Assembly (NCBI GenBank): GCA_964016885.1
Contig: OZ024742.1
Coordinates: forward strand, 235,414,001-235,478,000
Direction: 5' to 3'
Source of the DNA: Eledone cirrhosa
Lineage: Eukaryota
Length of the DNA: 64,000 bases
In this document: positions 1 to 13,250 of the stretch, one piece after another
How positions within the stretch are numbered: the first letter of the stretch is position 1
Layout: each line of letters opens with the position of its first letter
The notes under the pieces: model-generated
Told to the model about the DNA's origin: nothing
The model's database searches: none
The model's input: only the letters and a program-made list of their open reading frames with translations
Translations under genes and position numbers: made by a program

Positions 1-559
1 AGCCTCCTATTTAAGCATGTGTGAAGACAGTTCTTTTCTAACGTTGGGACACCAATTTAGCGACAGTAATTATTTTGGTTGTAGCGATAGTGTGTGTTGT
101 TGATATAGTATGTGAAGAATTGTAGATGTAGCGACAGAAAGTCTGTTTCCCCTTTCGAAAGTTAGTTTTAGTTTTTGTTGTTAATCAGACTACGTGCTAG
201 TAAGTCTGGCATCACCAACTATTGCGAGGTGAATGGTATCGCTGTCGTTGTTTTCCAGTCAGCAAATGCATGAGAAAATGCATCTGAAGGCTGTTCGATA
301 AGTCAGAGTCCCCAATGTTATGATGAATATTTTGGATGTAGTGTGTAGCGATGATTTATTGTTCGCTTTGGCGTAGCACATATTGTAGTAGTAATGTTGT
401 TGACTTAATGGGTAATTCCGGGAATTGCTCTTTCCTATATAAGTCAGTATGTGTGGAAAGATTTTACTACAGGTGTTTCACATCACAAAGCAGTATGTCA
501 GTGAAAACCAGGATGTTGTGGGGGGGGGGGGGGTAAGAGTAACTGAACAGGCCTGGAAA

Positions 560-1410
560 TGCTTTTACACGAGGCTGGTGAATATGGAGAATGAGTGGAA
601 GAAAGAGACTCAACAGAGAGACCAGCTATCAAAATTGACAATTGTAGGGTAAAAAAAGCAATCAAGGAGACGAAAATGGTAAAGCCGGTGGTTTGTCAGA
701 GATAGTAAGAGTTAAACTAGTCACCTGCATAATCAATCAGTTAATACATGATGGTGACATACGCAATGGCTGGCGTCGAAGTATACTCGTTAACCGTTGT
801 AAAGGAAAACGTGGTACACAAGAAAGCAGCAACTATAGGGGTATAAAACTAACGGACTAAATTATGAAAGTGACAATGAGTTTTAACACAACTAACTAGG
901 AAGAGCAAAATTAGATGAAATTCAGTTCGGTTATGTGCCAGTGAAGAGCACCATAGATGCCCTCTTAAAGAGACATCTACAAGATAAGCTCCAAGCTAAG
1001 TGTACGCCACTGTATCTAGTTTGCTTTTATTTGGAGAAGGCCTTTGACAGAGTACCACGACCTGTCATCCGGTGGTCCTTAAGAAAACCAGGCGTAGAAC
1101 AATGCCTTGTCAGAGCAGTGCAAGTCCTATACAGAAGAGCTGTCAGTAAAGTGAGGGTAGGTAATGAGTTTAGAGAGGAATTCAATGTGCAGGTAGTTGT
1201 TCATTAGAACTCAGTCGGCAGCACAGTCCTGTTTATTATAGTTCTTCAGGCTATAACAGGGGTGTTTAAGATTGTCCAAGGGAACTTCTGTATGCTGACG
1301 ACCTGCTTCTTCTGGCCGAATCTGTAGAAAAGCTAAAGACTTTGGAAACAGATCTAAGAATAAAAAGGTAAAATTAGCAAAAACAGAAGTTTTAGAAAGT
1401 AGTAAAAAAG
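560..1410 (+). mobile_element. Decayed RTE-clade LINE fragment (RT region)
   Basis: ORF 935-1207 has LEKAFDRVPR..IRWSLRK; NYRGIKL-like sequence near 830 and YADDL at about 1291; stops and frameshifts. Confidence 0.85.
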
Positions 1411-1611
1411 ACGGCTCTAATGGCATCATTTACAATGTTATCTTGTAATTTGTAGATCTGAAATTGAGTTAACATACCATCATCAATTCACTCGGAAGAG
1501 CATAATAGATAAATGTAGTTCTGTATATACTATGCCTGAAAATAAGAGAAAATTGATATGGCTGAAAGGTTTTTAATCATAAGCATGTTTATTCAGTATA
1601 AAAAAAAACTA

Positions 1612-1860
1612 TAGAGAACTCTCTACTGATTAGAGGTCAGATCTTCTGCGATCAATAAAACTTCCGTTATGTTAAATTCATTCCGTTTATTTTGTTTTTT
1701 ACATTTGTTTACACTATCTTGGCAATAACTAATTAAGTACTGAAGTTAATTAGGAGATTGTTCATTAATCAGAAGAAAATAGAGATATCCTGTAAGAACT
1801 AATTGAAAGTTCGGATCTATCATCTCAGTACATCTCATAACTACATTGCTATGTAAGTAT
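1612..1860 (+). promoter_or_regulatory. Putative 5' non-coding exons/promoter of ZNF gene 1
   Basis: CTCTACTGATTAGAG|GTCAG (GT at 1636), ACTTCCGTTATG and AT|GTAAGT (1853); the same block recurs upstream of all four plus-strand ZNF genes; acceptor TTACAG at 3721. Confidence 0.6.
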
Positions 1861-2929
1861 CATTAATATATTTTAGACATTATAAAACAAACACTTTTGT
1901 ATCACATAACCAAGGATGGTTTCAAGCAGTTTGCTGTTAAAAGGGTTAACCAAGACTAATAAACACGTCTAACTCGCAGTAACAATTTAACTATTAGTTT
2001 ACCTTTTTAAAGTGTTAGATGTAACCCTTTTGATACCTAATTGTTTAAAACTGCCCCTTATTTTACAATGAAAAACCATTTATTTCTAAGTGTTCATGTT
2101 TATATTTAAACATTTATTACAATATTCTGTGAGACCCTTTTCTCAAGTCATGCTCCAAACATAATTTCATGTAGGAACCTTTCAATGTTGCTCTAGACAC
2201 TAGCTTAGCAAAGAGAAAATTATTTTATCAAATTCCTCCAAATTATTTTTTCAAAAGTTATTTGGAAATCACTAGCAGTGTTTTTCATTAGATATATGGT
2301 AATTAAAGGGCCAAACAACCAAAACATCTTAGGTTTTCTTTTTTTCTTTCTTTACTTAACTACAATCAATGCTTGCTGCTATGTCACTCATGTTAGGCTG
2401 AGTCTACTAAATTTCATATCTTGTATTTCGGTAACCATTAAACAGACTACCACTTGCAAACAAAGGAAATAAATTGACGAACCTATAACAACAAAATCAC
2501 GAACTAGCCAGTTTCTCATAGTCTTCTGACAAAATGTTTTTAGACCCAAAATATTAGGACAAGTATATAAAATAATAGGTGACACGCTAACATCTTCGTT
2601 GCCTTCACTTTATTCCAAAATCTACTCTCCATTTTGCGTTGTCGTTGCCTTCGAATAATACTGCCTTAAACATGAAACTGTTTTCTGTACTAACTATAAG
2701 CATTACATTGAATACCACTAAGGGATAGGGAACTAAAGATAATCACTGGAGTTGAAAGAGAATGATGTTTTGTACCTATAGGGAATCAGTGAACATTCAG
2801 GTATGTTGGCATATTGCTTCTGTCACGAAGGACCTGTTGCCAATATTAGATATTTTTTCTCATAGTGCACTGCATACTTCAATATTTTGCGGTCTCTTAA
2901 ATTGCTTTCTACTTGCTGAGGCCTCAATA

Positions 2930-3470
2930 AAATGCACTCGACACACACTGCAGTGCTGGTATCACAATAAAATGCACCCAGTCCACTCTGTAAAGTGTAG
3001 TGCTGGTGCTCTAATAAAGTGCACCCAGTACTCTATAAAGTGGAAGTGCTGGTGCTACAACAAAAAGCATCCAATATGCCCTTTAAAATGGTAGTACTGG
3101 TGACATGATAAAATACTCCCAGTACACTCTGTAAAGTGTTAGAGTAGGTACTATGATAAAACACACTACACTGTAAAGTAGTAGTGCTGGTGCCATGGCA
3201 AAAAGCACTGAGCTGCCATAGTAAATTGGTAGTGTTGGTGCCATGATAAAAACCACCCAATGCACTTTGTCAGGTGGTATTGCTGGTGCAACAGTAAAAC
3301 ACACTCAATACATGCCATAAAGTGGTTGGCATTATAAAGGGCATCCAGTCATAGAAACCATGGAACATAGCTAGATGCAACCATCTAACATTTCTTGCCT
3401 CAGACCATGACAACCTATCTAACCCATCTAACCATCAAAAATAGACATAAAACTGAGGATGATAAACATT
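2930..3470 (+). repeat. About 9 diverged ~47 bp repeats followed by an RTE/SINE-type 3' tail
   Basis: Units like GTGCTGGTGCCA.AATAAAA.GCACCCAGTACACTCTGTAAAGT, then GGTTGGCATTA.AAGGGCATCCAG and a GATGAT tail. Confidence 0.75.
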
Positions 3471-4118
3471 TTTATGCCAAGGAGAAATCTAATAGGACAA
3501 TCTCTGGTTCATTACATTTCCTTGGTTTCAAGAAAGAGAGGTGTTTTGTCTGTACTCTACTATTAAATATTACACATTTTTCAAAATAATTAGAAATTTA
3601 GAACTTTCTCTTCAATCTGACTCCGTGTAAATAAAATAAACCTAATTGTTAACTTCGAAAGATAAACTGATAAAATTGTTAATATGATTTAATACATGTT
3701 TTATGTTTTCTTATATTACAGATTATCAAATGACATTGAGAAAAATATACTTCACAAATGGTTATGAACATATTTATCAACATTTGAAGACTAAAACTCT
3801 TCATCAAACTGATGTCAAGCAGTTTCTACAATCTTGGTTAAATGGATGGGAAATATTTCCTTAGAATTGAGAGTTTATTTATAAAAATTTCTACATAGAT
3901 GTTCATTGAAAAATGTTCTGTATGTATTAGATTTGGAAGATTTACCATGGAATTTTAACACTCTTCTGTGTAAGGGCTCTGATACCTGGATATATCTTCC
4001 TAATTGGAGATAGGTGGTCTTTTAGCTGCTAGTTATTACAAGATTTTATCCTAATAAACATCATCAAACTTTAACGAAAACCATCATACAGAGAAAGTAT
4101 CCATTATAAGAGAGAGTT

Positions 4119-5789
4119 ATGGAGGAGAAAACAGAACCTGAAATACTTGATTCATCTAATCAGACACAGAAAAATACAGGAAAGAAATTACACTCTTGTG
4201 ATATATGTGGAAATTTGTTCACCTCAATCAATTTGTTATCTTCTCATAAATGTATTCATACAGGAAAAAATCTACATCATTGTGATATCAGTGGTAAAAC
4301 ATTCTCTCTAAAGGATAGTTTCTCTCGACATATACGTGTTCAGACAGGAGAAAGACCATATCATTGTGATATCTGTGGTAAAACATTTTCTGTAAGTAGT
4401 AATTTATTTCAACATAAACGTATTCACATAGATGAGAAACCATACTGCTGTGATGTCTGTGGTAAAGCATTCTCTGAAGAAACACATTTAGTTGGCCACA
4501 AATGTATTCACACAGAAGAAAAACAATACAGATGTGATGTCTGTGGTAAATCCTTTATCATGTCTAATAGTTTAGTTACTCATAAATGTATTCAGATAGG
4601 GGATGAGAAACCATACCATTCTGATGACAAATATGGCAAATCATATTCTGAAAGTTTTAATTTATCTACCACCAAACATTTGCACACAGAGGAAAAACCA
4701 TACCACTGTGATATCTGTGATAAAACATTTTCTCAAAGTGGTCATTTCTCCCAACACATGCGTGTACATACAGGCGAGAAACCCTACCAATGTGATATCT
4801 GTGGAAAAAGGTTCCTTGAAAGTGGTCATCTTTCTCGACACAAACGTATTCACACAGGAGAAAAACCTTACCAATGTGATGACTGTGGCAAATCATTTGC
4901 CGAGAAAAGTCATTTAGTTAACCATAAACGTACTCACACAGGAGAGAGACCATACCATTGTGATATCTGTGATAAAACATTTCCTGAGAGTGGTCATCTA
5001 TCTCGACACAAACGTACTCACACTGGGGAGAAACCATACCACTGTGATATCTGTGGTAAAGCATATTCTGGAAGTACAAATTTATTACGACACAAACGTA
5101 TTCACACAGGAGAGAGACCATACCAATGTGATATCTGCAATGAGACATTTGCTAGAAGTGATAATTTAACTAAACACAAACGTATTCACAGTGAGAAGAA
5201 ACCTTATTCTGATGTCTGTAGCGAATCATATTCTGAAAGTTCAAATTTGTCTACAGACAAACATCTTCAAATAGAAGAAAGAGTAAGACCGTACCACTGT
5301 GATATCTGTGATAAATCATTCTCTCAAATTGCTCATTTCACTCGACACATACGTGTTCATACAGGAGTAAGACCATATCACTGTGATATATGTGGTAAGA
5401 CATTTCCTGAAAGTGGTCATGTTTCTCGACACAAACGTATTCACTCAGGGGAGAAACCTTACCAATGTGATGACTGTGGTAAAGCATTTGCTGAGAAGAA
5501 CCATTTGGTGAACCACAAACGTATTCACACAGGAGAGAGACCATACAAATGTGATATCTGTGGTAAAACATTCCCTGCAAGTGGTCATCTATCTCGACAC
5601 AAACGTACTCACACTGGGGAGAAACCATACCACTGTGATATCTGTGGTAAAGCATATTCTGGAAGTGAAAATTTGTCACGCCACATACGTACTCACACAG
5701 GAGAGAGACCATACCAATGTGATATCTGCAATGAGACATTTGCTAGAAGTGATAATTTAACTAAACACAAACGTATTCACACACAGTAG
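4119..5789 (+). CDS. Poly-C2H2 zinc finger protein, 556 aa, 19 finger units (4 degenerate)
   Basis: CxxC-12-HxxxH repeats with TGEKPY/TGERPY linkers; in-frame TAA at 4107 upstream of ATG; no KRAB/BTB/ZAD domain visible. Confidence 0.95.
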   Translation: MEEKTEPEILDSSNQTQKNTGKKLHSCDICGNLFTSINLLSSHKCIHTGKNLHHCDISGKTFSLKDSFSRHIRVQTGERPYHCDICGKTFSVSSNLFQHKRIHIDEKPYCCDVCGKAFSEETHLVGHKCIHTEEKQYRCDVCGKSFIMSNSLVTHKCIQIGDEKPYHSDDKYGKSYSESFNLSTTKHLHTEEKPYHCDICDKTFSQSGHFSQHMRVHTGEKPYQCDICGKRFLESGHLSRHKRIHTGEKPYQCDDCGKSFAEKSHLVNHKRTHTGERPYHCDICDKTFPESGHLSRHKRTHTGEKPYHCDICGKAYSGSTNLLRHKRIHTGERPYQCDICNETFARSDNLTKHKRIHSEKKPYSDVCSESYSESSNLSTDKHLQIEERVRPYHCDICDKSFSQIAHFTRHIRVHTGVRPYHCDICGKTFPESGHVSRHKRIHSGEKPYQCDDCGKAFAEKNHLVNHKRIHTGERPYKCDICGKTFPASGHLSRHKRTHTGEKPYHCDICGKAYSGSENLSRHIRTHTGERPYQCDICNETFARSDNLTKHKRIHTQ

Positions 5790-6889
5790 AGAACTCATAA
5801 TATTTCTGGCAAAATATTTTCTGCAAATAATATATTCTATATTGTAAATGAATTTATTTATATGGATTTTATCATATTGCTGTTATCATCATCAATACTT
5901 TAATGTCCATCATTTCATGCTGACAGTCTATCTGAGATTCCATTCTTTTAATTATTATTTCTACTTATAGCAGAATATGAAACTTCTTGAACATATTTCT
6001 GTTTGTATTTGAGAATGTTCTTGATCTCTTTCTCAGGCTAAATATATCCCACAAGAAGCCAAACTGCTAGGAAGGGATATACTATCTGCTTATCATAACA
6101 CCTAACAGAATTGTTACTGTTTTATTGGTGACAGTAGGTGGGATTTTAACTCAGAATGCTCAGAGACAGAACAGATATTGCATAGCATCCTGACTAAGTC
6201 TTTAACAATTCCCTCAATCCATCATCCCAGGATTGTTTCTTTATTGATCCAAAACTGATGAAAGGTAAAGTTGAGTTCAGAGAGCCTAGGCATTTAATTT
6301 GATGCTCTAATGATGCTGCCAATTCATTAGTTTCTTTCTAATTCATTGCTTATTGTATCTTTTATATGCACTGAATTCTTGGCTACTTTTACTTACTCTT
6401 GTAAATCTAGAACATCTAAAGTATCACTCCTCACTCAACCTGTCAGAATACTACTATATCTTTTGTGTACCTTTCCTTGTACACAATATTAAATTCCCAC
6501 CTATTGCTCTCCTACATGTTGAGTAAACCACTTTCTGGATGGCACTGAGATTTTGAACACTGTCTCAAAAGCATTCTCCAGAAAGACCAAATATTCAGTG
6601 ATAACTGGAACCTTCTCTTGCCATTGTCTCACAAGAAATATGCTCCCTGTGGTTCTACATCTTCATGCAAACACAAATTGCATCATATACAGTCTAACAC
6701 TATCTTGTACTAAGCTGTAGAATCTATCAGCTATTTTCTAGTCTTGATCCATCATACTGAGTTCTCTGCATTTCCTTCATTGCAGTTGATGATATGACTA
6801 TGTTAATCATTTGGGTTTACATCATTCCCTGCACAAATATACATCACATGTTCATACCATCACAATCTTCTCTTTTGCACCCACAGGTT

Positions 6890-7150
6890 GTGCAAGAGAG
6901 AAGATTGTGATGGGATGAATATGTGATGTATATGGATGATAATTGTGTAATGAAGAAATTCCAGGTAGAAATGAAGCATGGACGAGATAGATCGAGGAAG
7001 ACTTGGATAGAAATAGTGAACATTGATCTCAGGATGCTGAACTTCAGAGGAAATAATAATACAATTCAAAAGGTGAAAGGTGGCTGCGCTAGAGAACACT
7101 CATCTAACCCAATCAAGCATGGGAAATCAGATGTAAAAATGATGATGGCA
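6890..7150 (+). mobile_element. RTE LINE 3' fragment
   Basis: GRSRKTWIEIVNIDL-like C-terminus followed by AGCATGGGAAATCAGATGTAAAATGATGATG tail. Confidence 0.7.
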
Positions 7151-8559
7151 GAGGTGGTGCCAGCAGAGATGGCAACAATGGTGATACCGAAGTATGAGAA
7201 GATATATAAAGCAATAGAAGATAGTCTCATTAAAATGTAACCTTGAAATATAAGTTGAGTTTTGTGAAGTGTTTATATGCATTTGTTCTGAACAAAGCAA
7301 TAATGGAAACAGGTGTGACTGACAAAGAAATATGTAGATGGAACTAGACTAATGTAAAATGGGTTATCTATGGTAGTTGTCCTACCATAGGTAACCAATC
7401 TTGTATGCAAGCCAGACATCCTGTTCTTTTCTAAGGTACATCTTTCTCACCCCTGATCTATAATCTATGTTACCCAGGTTATATCTTCTATACTCAGACT
7501 TCATTCTAAATGGTAGAATCTGTGCATATCTAGATTCCACTCAACTAGATATCAGCAATAAAGACTTCTAGTTACTCTGGCTGAAAATCTCACCCCTGTA
7601 CTCTAAATACATTTACCTTCTCTATCACCCCCCCCCCCCCCCCAACTACTAATGGTTCTTTGAATATATCTTTTCCTGCATCAAGAACATCAGTCTCACT
7701 TCACTCCTCCCCGAGGTCATCCTTCTAAACTTTAATGCTCACAACCCTTCCTAGCTCTCACACCTATTCTATATTTATTCCATCAGTACAGAAACTAAAT
7801 CTTTCGCAATCCTCACCTTTGTACACGAATTTGTTCATCACTGATGGAAAATAGACAATCTATTCACTTATGATCTCTTTCTTACCCCAAGCTTCTACCA
7901 AACCAACACTGTCTCTGCACATTTTGAGATATCTGAGTTAACCTATCATACACTTAAATACAATGCACTGCTCCCATCTTCCAGACTAAGCTGGAGCTCT
8001 TTTTCTATGCTTATTATCCCTAGCAGTGAATATTCTTCAGGAACACGTAAGTAGGTGACTGAAATCATCTTAGGCATATCCCTTCACATCCGACACATAA
8101 CCTTAACTTGTAACATCAAATTATTCATCCCCAACAAACGACTGCTTTTACCCAATACCACAACTTGCAAGATGATCATCCAAATCATGAACGATACTTC
8201 CTTACATGGAACAGCCCACGACCTCTCTTACTTGCACGAATTGTAGTTGATGCCATTATCACTGTGCACTGCAATATACATAGTAGCATTCAAGATTGGT
8301 TAGAATAATTGCTGGGGTCAAACATTAGCCAGAACATAGGATATGTAGTGATCAATTTTTTCGTATTCTATACAGTTTTGGGAGTTCTAGACTAGCGTAT
8401 AAGAGAAGAAAACCACAACACTTATATTGTTATAAATGACAGAATAGTTGAAGAATTTCTAGAATAAATCAAAGATTTGGAAAATTTTATAATCAGTAGG
8501 AAAAAGAAACGGTATATGGTCATACAGTTTTAAATCTCCCTCAAATCACACCATACTGT

Positions 8560-8800
8560 TTTAACTCTTGATATCAAACGGCTTACAATACAAAAGTGTT
8601 TCTTTTAGAGTGTTTATATTTATCTAAAAACATTCCATCATAATTTTATGCAACAATCTTTATTAAGCAATGTTTCAAACACCAGATTAATAATAAAAAA
8701 GTTATATTTCTAAATCATTCCAAATTGTTAGTTATTTTCAAAATAATTTGAAAATCATAGGCAGTGTCTTTCATTAGAAATATAGTAATGAAAGGATTAA
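8560..8800. mobile_element. Decayed TTAA-flanked MITE (related copies at about 2020-2310, 24946-25123, 26735-26926)
   Basis: Ends TTAACTCTTGATATC ... GTAATGAAAGGATTAA; internal similarity among the copies. Confidence 0.5.
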
Positions 8801-9842
8801 CTATGGGAAAAAGTATTGATAACGTAGTTGGCAAAACCCTATAATCTGACACGCTATAAATTTCATCGATGCAAGAAATAAGATTAGCGAATATCAATTT
8901 CAGCGACCCAAAACACCAGAGTTCTCGATGGTAACCAGTACAAAAAGGAAACGTTCAGCTAGTGCCATATATAATTGAAAACGTATTCTCTTGTATATTC
9001 TCCTTTCTATATTATATATATATACACACACACAGAGGCGGTACCATAGCCAATGAGAGCTATCCGAGGCGTAGTTATTTCTAGTTGATAATGGGTTTTT
9101 AAATATTTGGGATAATTAAATTTGCTAAGGTAAAATTCTATCGCAATCTTGGCACCTTTAATTTTTCAATGCATTGTATGGCTTATAAACTTACTTAAAT
9201 TTATATTTCCTATTCACCAATGCTTCAAGCAAACTACAGCACTCTGTTATATATATATATAAGAAATGTGTTTTTATTCACACTTGTATAAAAAAGCAAA
9301 CATTACACATACGATATATAGAAATAAGACGGATATACAGGTCTAGAACGTTTCATAGGATGGATTTTTTTTTTTGCATTATTAATATTTGTTGAATTAT
9401 TTTTGTAGTTTCATATTTTGCGTTTGTTGTTTAAAACGATTAGAATTATTTTGTTAGTTATTGTTTTGTTGTTTGAGATAGATGATGATATCAATAATAA
9501 TAATGTCGCAATAATAATTTGAAACAAATGACGACAATATTTTTATAGCAATAATTTTAAACAAACGAAATAAGGCTGTCCGCAGCTCGAATGAAATCAT
9601 ACAAACTGCAGTTTTAAAAAGTGTTCAATTCAAAGATCGTCGTCTTTAATTATAAATAAATTATTAAAAAGCGTTAGTAGATGAGTACCCAGCAGTCTTG
9701 ACCGTAATGCGGCCGTGTCCCCTTCAAGTGCCGAAACACTTGCATGAAAGGGACGTTCTCTTTCAAGACTTGTTACTCCACTCTCCTTTTAGTTTCTTCC
9801 TACGAGGCTTACTTGACCTCAGGCTAAATAACAACAAACTGG

Positions 9843-10132
9843 ATAGAACTCTCTATTGATTAGAGGTGAGTTCTTCCGTTATGAACACTGACACTTCCTC
9901 CGTGAAAGCATTATTCGTATATTAAATCTGTACACACTACATAATTCTTTTTTTTGCATTTATTTCCATTGTATCAATAATAACGTAGTTAAGAGATTAA
10001 CCGGAAGAAAATATCCTGTGAAAAAATAGTCGAAAGCTATGAGTTGAATCTATCAATGTCATCGTCAATTTCAAGTCTACTTCAGTACATCTCTCATTAT
10101 TTCATCTTATAACCATATTATCATGTAAGTAC
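9843..10132 (+). promoter_or_regulatory. Putative 5' non-coding exons/promoter of ZNF gene 2
   Basis: CTCTATTGATTAGAG|GTGAGT (canonical donor at 9866), CTTCCGTTATG and AT|GTAAGT (10125); acceptor TTACAG at 13559. Confidence 0.65.
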
Positions 10133-10639
10133 AGTTAATATATCAGATGTTTCTCGTTTAGAAAATGCATCTTTTATATTTTCCTTCATCTACATCATTG
10201 CTACTCCCTACCAGAACATGTCTTTTTTTTCATTTTCATTCTCTCTTGATGCAAACTTTGTAGTGAATCGAGTTTTTGGAAGCAAGCATGTCTTATTTAA
10301 ATTTCATCTAATCTTCAAACACCTGTATTATCCCCCCCCCCCCCGCCACATATTTATTTATTTATTTATTTTGTTTCCCTGAACAGCGATGTAGTTGTTT
10401 ATCAATGCTGATATTTATTTTGCGCTGCTTCAGCTTCGCATTTGACACTTTCGCTTTACATCCACTGACATAACCTGCATATTAAGAAGCTACACTATTT
10501 CTCCAAAAACCTAGTGGTGAAAGCAGCTAAAAGAAGCTGTGAAAATTTACAAGATAAAACAGTTGACAGTCATCTGGTTGTTATAACACACATATGTTTT
10601 ATCTCCTGCAATTAATTGGGATATATCTGAGGAAATGCT

Positions 10640-13250
10640 TAAGAATGTTTTATTATGAAAATAGCATTTATATAACTCATTGAACAATAATGATAAAGGA
10701 AAACGGTGGAGGAGGGAGGGGGGCAATTCACGACCAATTGTGACAATGGCCGCATCTCACCTGAGGGGTTAACTAAACACTTTGAGGCAAGCCAACACGC
10801 TCGCAGCATTACCACGAGTGATGGCGAGGCTAAGGTTCTGAAATAACCAGGCACCCTCACTGGCATCACTTGACACCTCAGTAAGGTGAGCCAAGAAGTT
10901 CGCTGTCAGCGGCCAACTCCACCAAACGTCTCGAATGCCATAGGCTGGAAAAAATGATTATTAGATAAATCCAGGAATTTCCAAATTTTATTCCATTCGG
11001 CAACGGAAGCTGTGACCCCCAGCTCCAGAACTGTGGAGATATTTATCCAAGCCAGGCCCCATTTGATGATTAAGTTTAACCCAGTATGGCGGGCAAAACG
11101 ACCCACATTCAGGTGGCAGGATAAATCATGTAGACCTGTGCAGTCGAGGGATTTAGGACAGTGGCATCTCAGATGTTGGCTTCCACTCGAAGTGCAATGG
11201 AGATGCAGAGCTTGTCCTGACTGAGAAGGCCACCAATGTTGGCCACAGGTAGGGCATCAATCCAGTCTCCCGAGAACTTTGTGTTTGGAGAAATTAAGCG
11301 GCACTTAGAAAATTGATCGGAATGATCAAAGAAAGAGTTGAACGTTTACCGCAAACGCAGATTGTCCCATACTCTCTACTTCTGTCTGTCCTCATCAGTA
11401 ATGGGAACTGACAAACCCGGCTCTCTCCACTATAGTAAAGCTTCATCCAACTCCCTGGTGGAACTAGTCCAAGTTGGGAAGGAGAGGATATCATCCACTA
11501 AAGGGAAGCAAACGTGGATGGAGAAAAGAAAGCAAGGTAGGGACAAAGATGTACATTTGTGCAGACTGAGACCTCCAAACTGTTTGGGTAAGGCAGCTTG
11601 GTAGCTGGACCCTGTATAACATTGACCAAATCCTCGAGCTCACTGAATATGTTGTTGAAGCATTGGAGAGATGATGAGATTTTGTAAGAAGGACTAACTA
11701 TAACTTAAGGATTAACAAATAAATCTGATGAATAAAAGAAACCTTGGTGAAGCTCAATAACTTTGAGGCTAGCCAACTTAGATACAAAGATGGACTCAAA
11801 GGCTTGGTCAGTAATAGAAGTCCCAACAGAGCACCACGCTGATGGGGCAGGGACTCTGTGAACAGGCCAACAGTCTTGATGTGAAGCTGGGTGGTTGAGG
11901 AACCAGAGCTCGTATTTGGAACTGTTGATGTGAAGGCCCCTATGACCCAGCTCCCCAATCATCATCTTTGCAGTTGCAAGCACCTTGTCTGGAGGACTCC
12001 TAAAGCAAGCATCATCCAGATACCAGACATTCAGATCCAGCTCAACTCCCATATTGGTGACGTCATCAATGCCCAGTGAGAAAAGTGCAGGTTCAAGCAG
12101 GTCACCCTGTGGCAGATAGTAGGATATGGTGACTGAAGGTGAGGTAGGAGGGTTCCTAATAGGCTGGCCAAGCAAAGAAGTAAAGCTGCGGGGCCCTCTC
12201 CTTTACTGTGGATGACATCCGAACTGATGGAATTGAAAGCATTCCTGAGATCTAGCTTGAGGATTACCTCGGGGCTTTCAGAAGGCAAGTTGGTAAATGC
12301 TCTGTTGGCGTGAGCAGCAGCCTCACAACCTAGCTTGGAACCCACCTCTAGCTGAATAGGGAAAAATTCGGTGGACAGGCTGTTTGAAATCAAAGACAGA
12401 CATACTCTCACAATGAGCTGTCGCAGAGTGCACCCAACTGCTATGGGGTGGAGGTCACTGTTGGGCTTTGTGAGGCCATAAAATTTAGCTCCAAAGAACG
12501 GGATGGATATAAGGGAGTACATTCTCAGACAAGAACAGGTTGATGAAATGAGTGAGGTTCTCCAAGAGCTCAAGGAGGCACCATCCTTGAGGTGCTGAGT
12601 TCGAAGACCATCAATCCCTGCCAGAGGGTATCGCCTTCCTGATGATAGCTGGGGTGAAGACAGGTTGCAATTAACCTGGTGGATCAGATCTGTGTAAGTG
12701 GTTATCCAGAGGAGCCAGGGGATGTTTCACTCTCAGTTGGTTGAGTGATTCTGTAGTGCATAGGCAAGGGATGACAGAGAGGAGAGGAGGCAAACAGCCC
12801 CTTTAATGTCAAATCCATTGAATTTGGCATTGACAGCCTACTTTAAGTTTGGTGATCATTCATTGATTGGAACTGAGTTAATCACCGACCTGAGTTGAAC
12901 AGTAATTGGGGTTGAATCGAACAACTCGAACTGCCATTTTTAAGGAAGATATGAGGGATCTGGATTTCATGTCGGACACGTTGAGAGAGACTAAGGGGAA
13001 CAAGAATAGTTTCTGTCAATTCGAGATGATGTTGGATATGTAGACGTTCTTCAACAGCTTGGAGAGAACATGGGTGAAACTGGTCTGAGCTCTCTTTGGG
13101 ATCCTGTTGATGAGTTCCAACTTAGACAAGTCAGTTGCAAAGTCCTCTACAGAAATCTGAATGTCAGAGTTAGGTTCTGGCCTGCAAATTGAATCAGAGC
13201 TGAAGTAACATTGATTTGAAACAATTATAACAGAGTCCACTTTTCATCTG
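10640..13250 (-). mobile_element. CRE-clade non-LTR retrotransposon (RT + restriction-like endonuclease), decayed, in the predicted intron of ZNF gene 2
   Basis: LINRIPK, PIAVGCTLRQL, GCEAAAHA, KLDLRNAFNS, QGD, WYLDD, FFQPMAFETFGG and C-terminal WLFQNLSLAITRGNAASVL, spread across frameshifted frames. Confidence 0.85.

Noticed and set aside
2930-3330. Regularly spaced ~47 bp repeats resembling a CRISPR array (also 20110-20290 and 45350-45575)
   Set aside because: Whole units are homologous with no unique spacers, there are no cas genes, and they are subrepeats of eukaryotic TEs
7380-8250. Possible Penelope-like RT remnant (also 1-480 and 39940-40250)
   Set aside because: Only faint motif hints; cannot be supported without a profile search
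9680-9820. GC-richer patch upstream of the gene 2 cassette as another CRE remnant
   Set aside because: No CRE motifs recognisable on either strand
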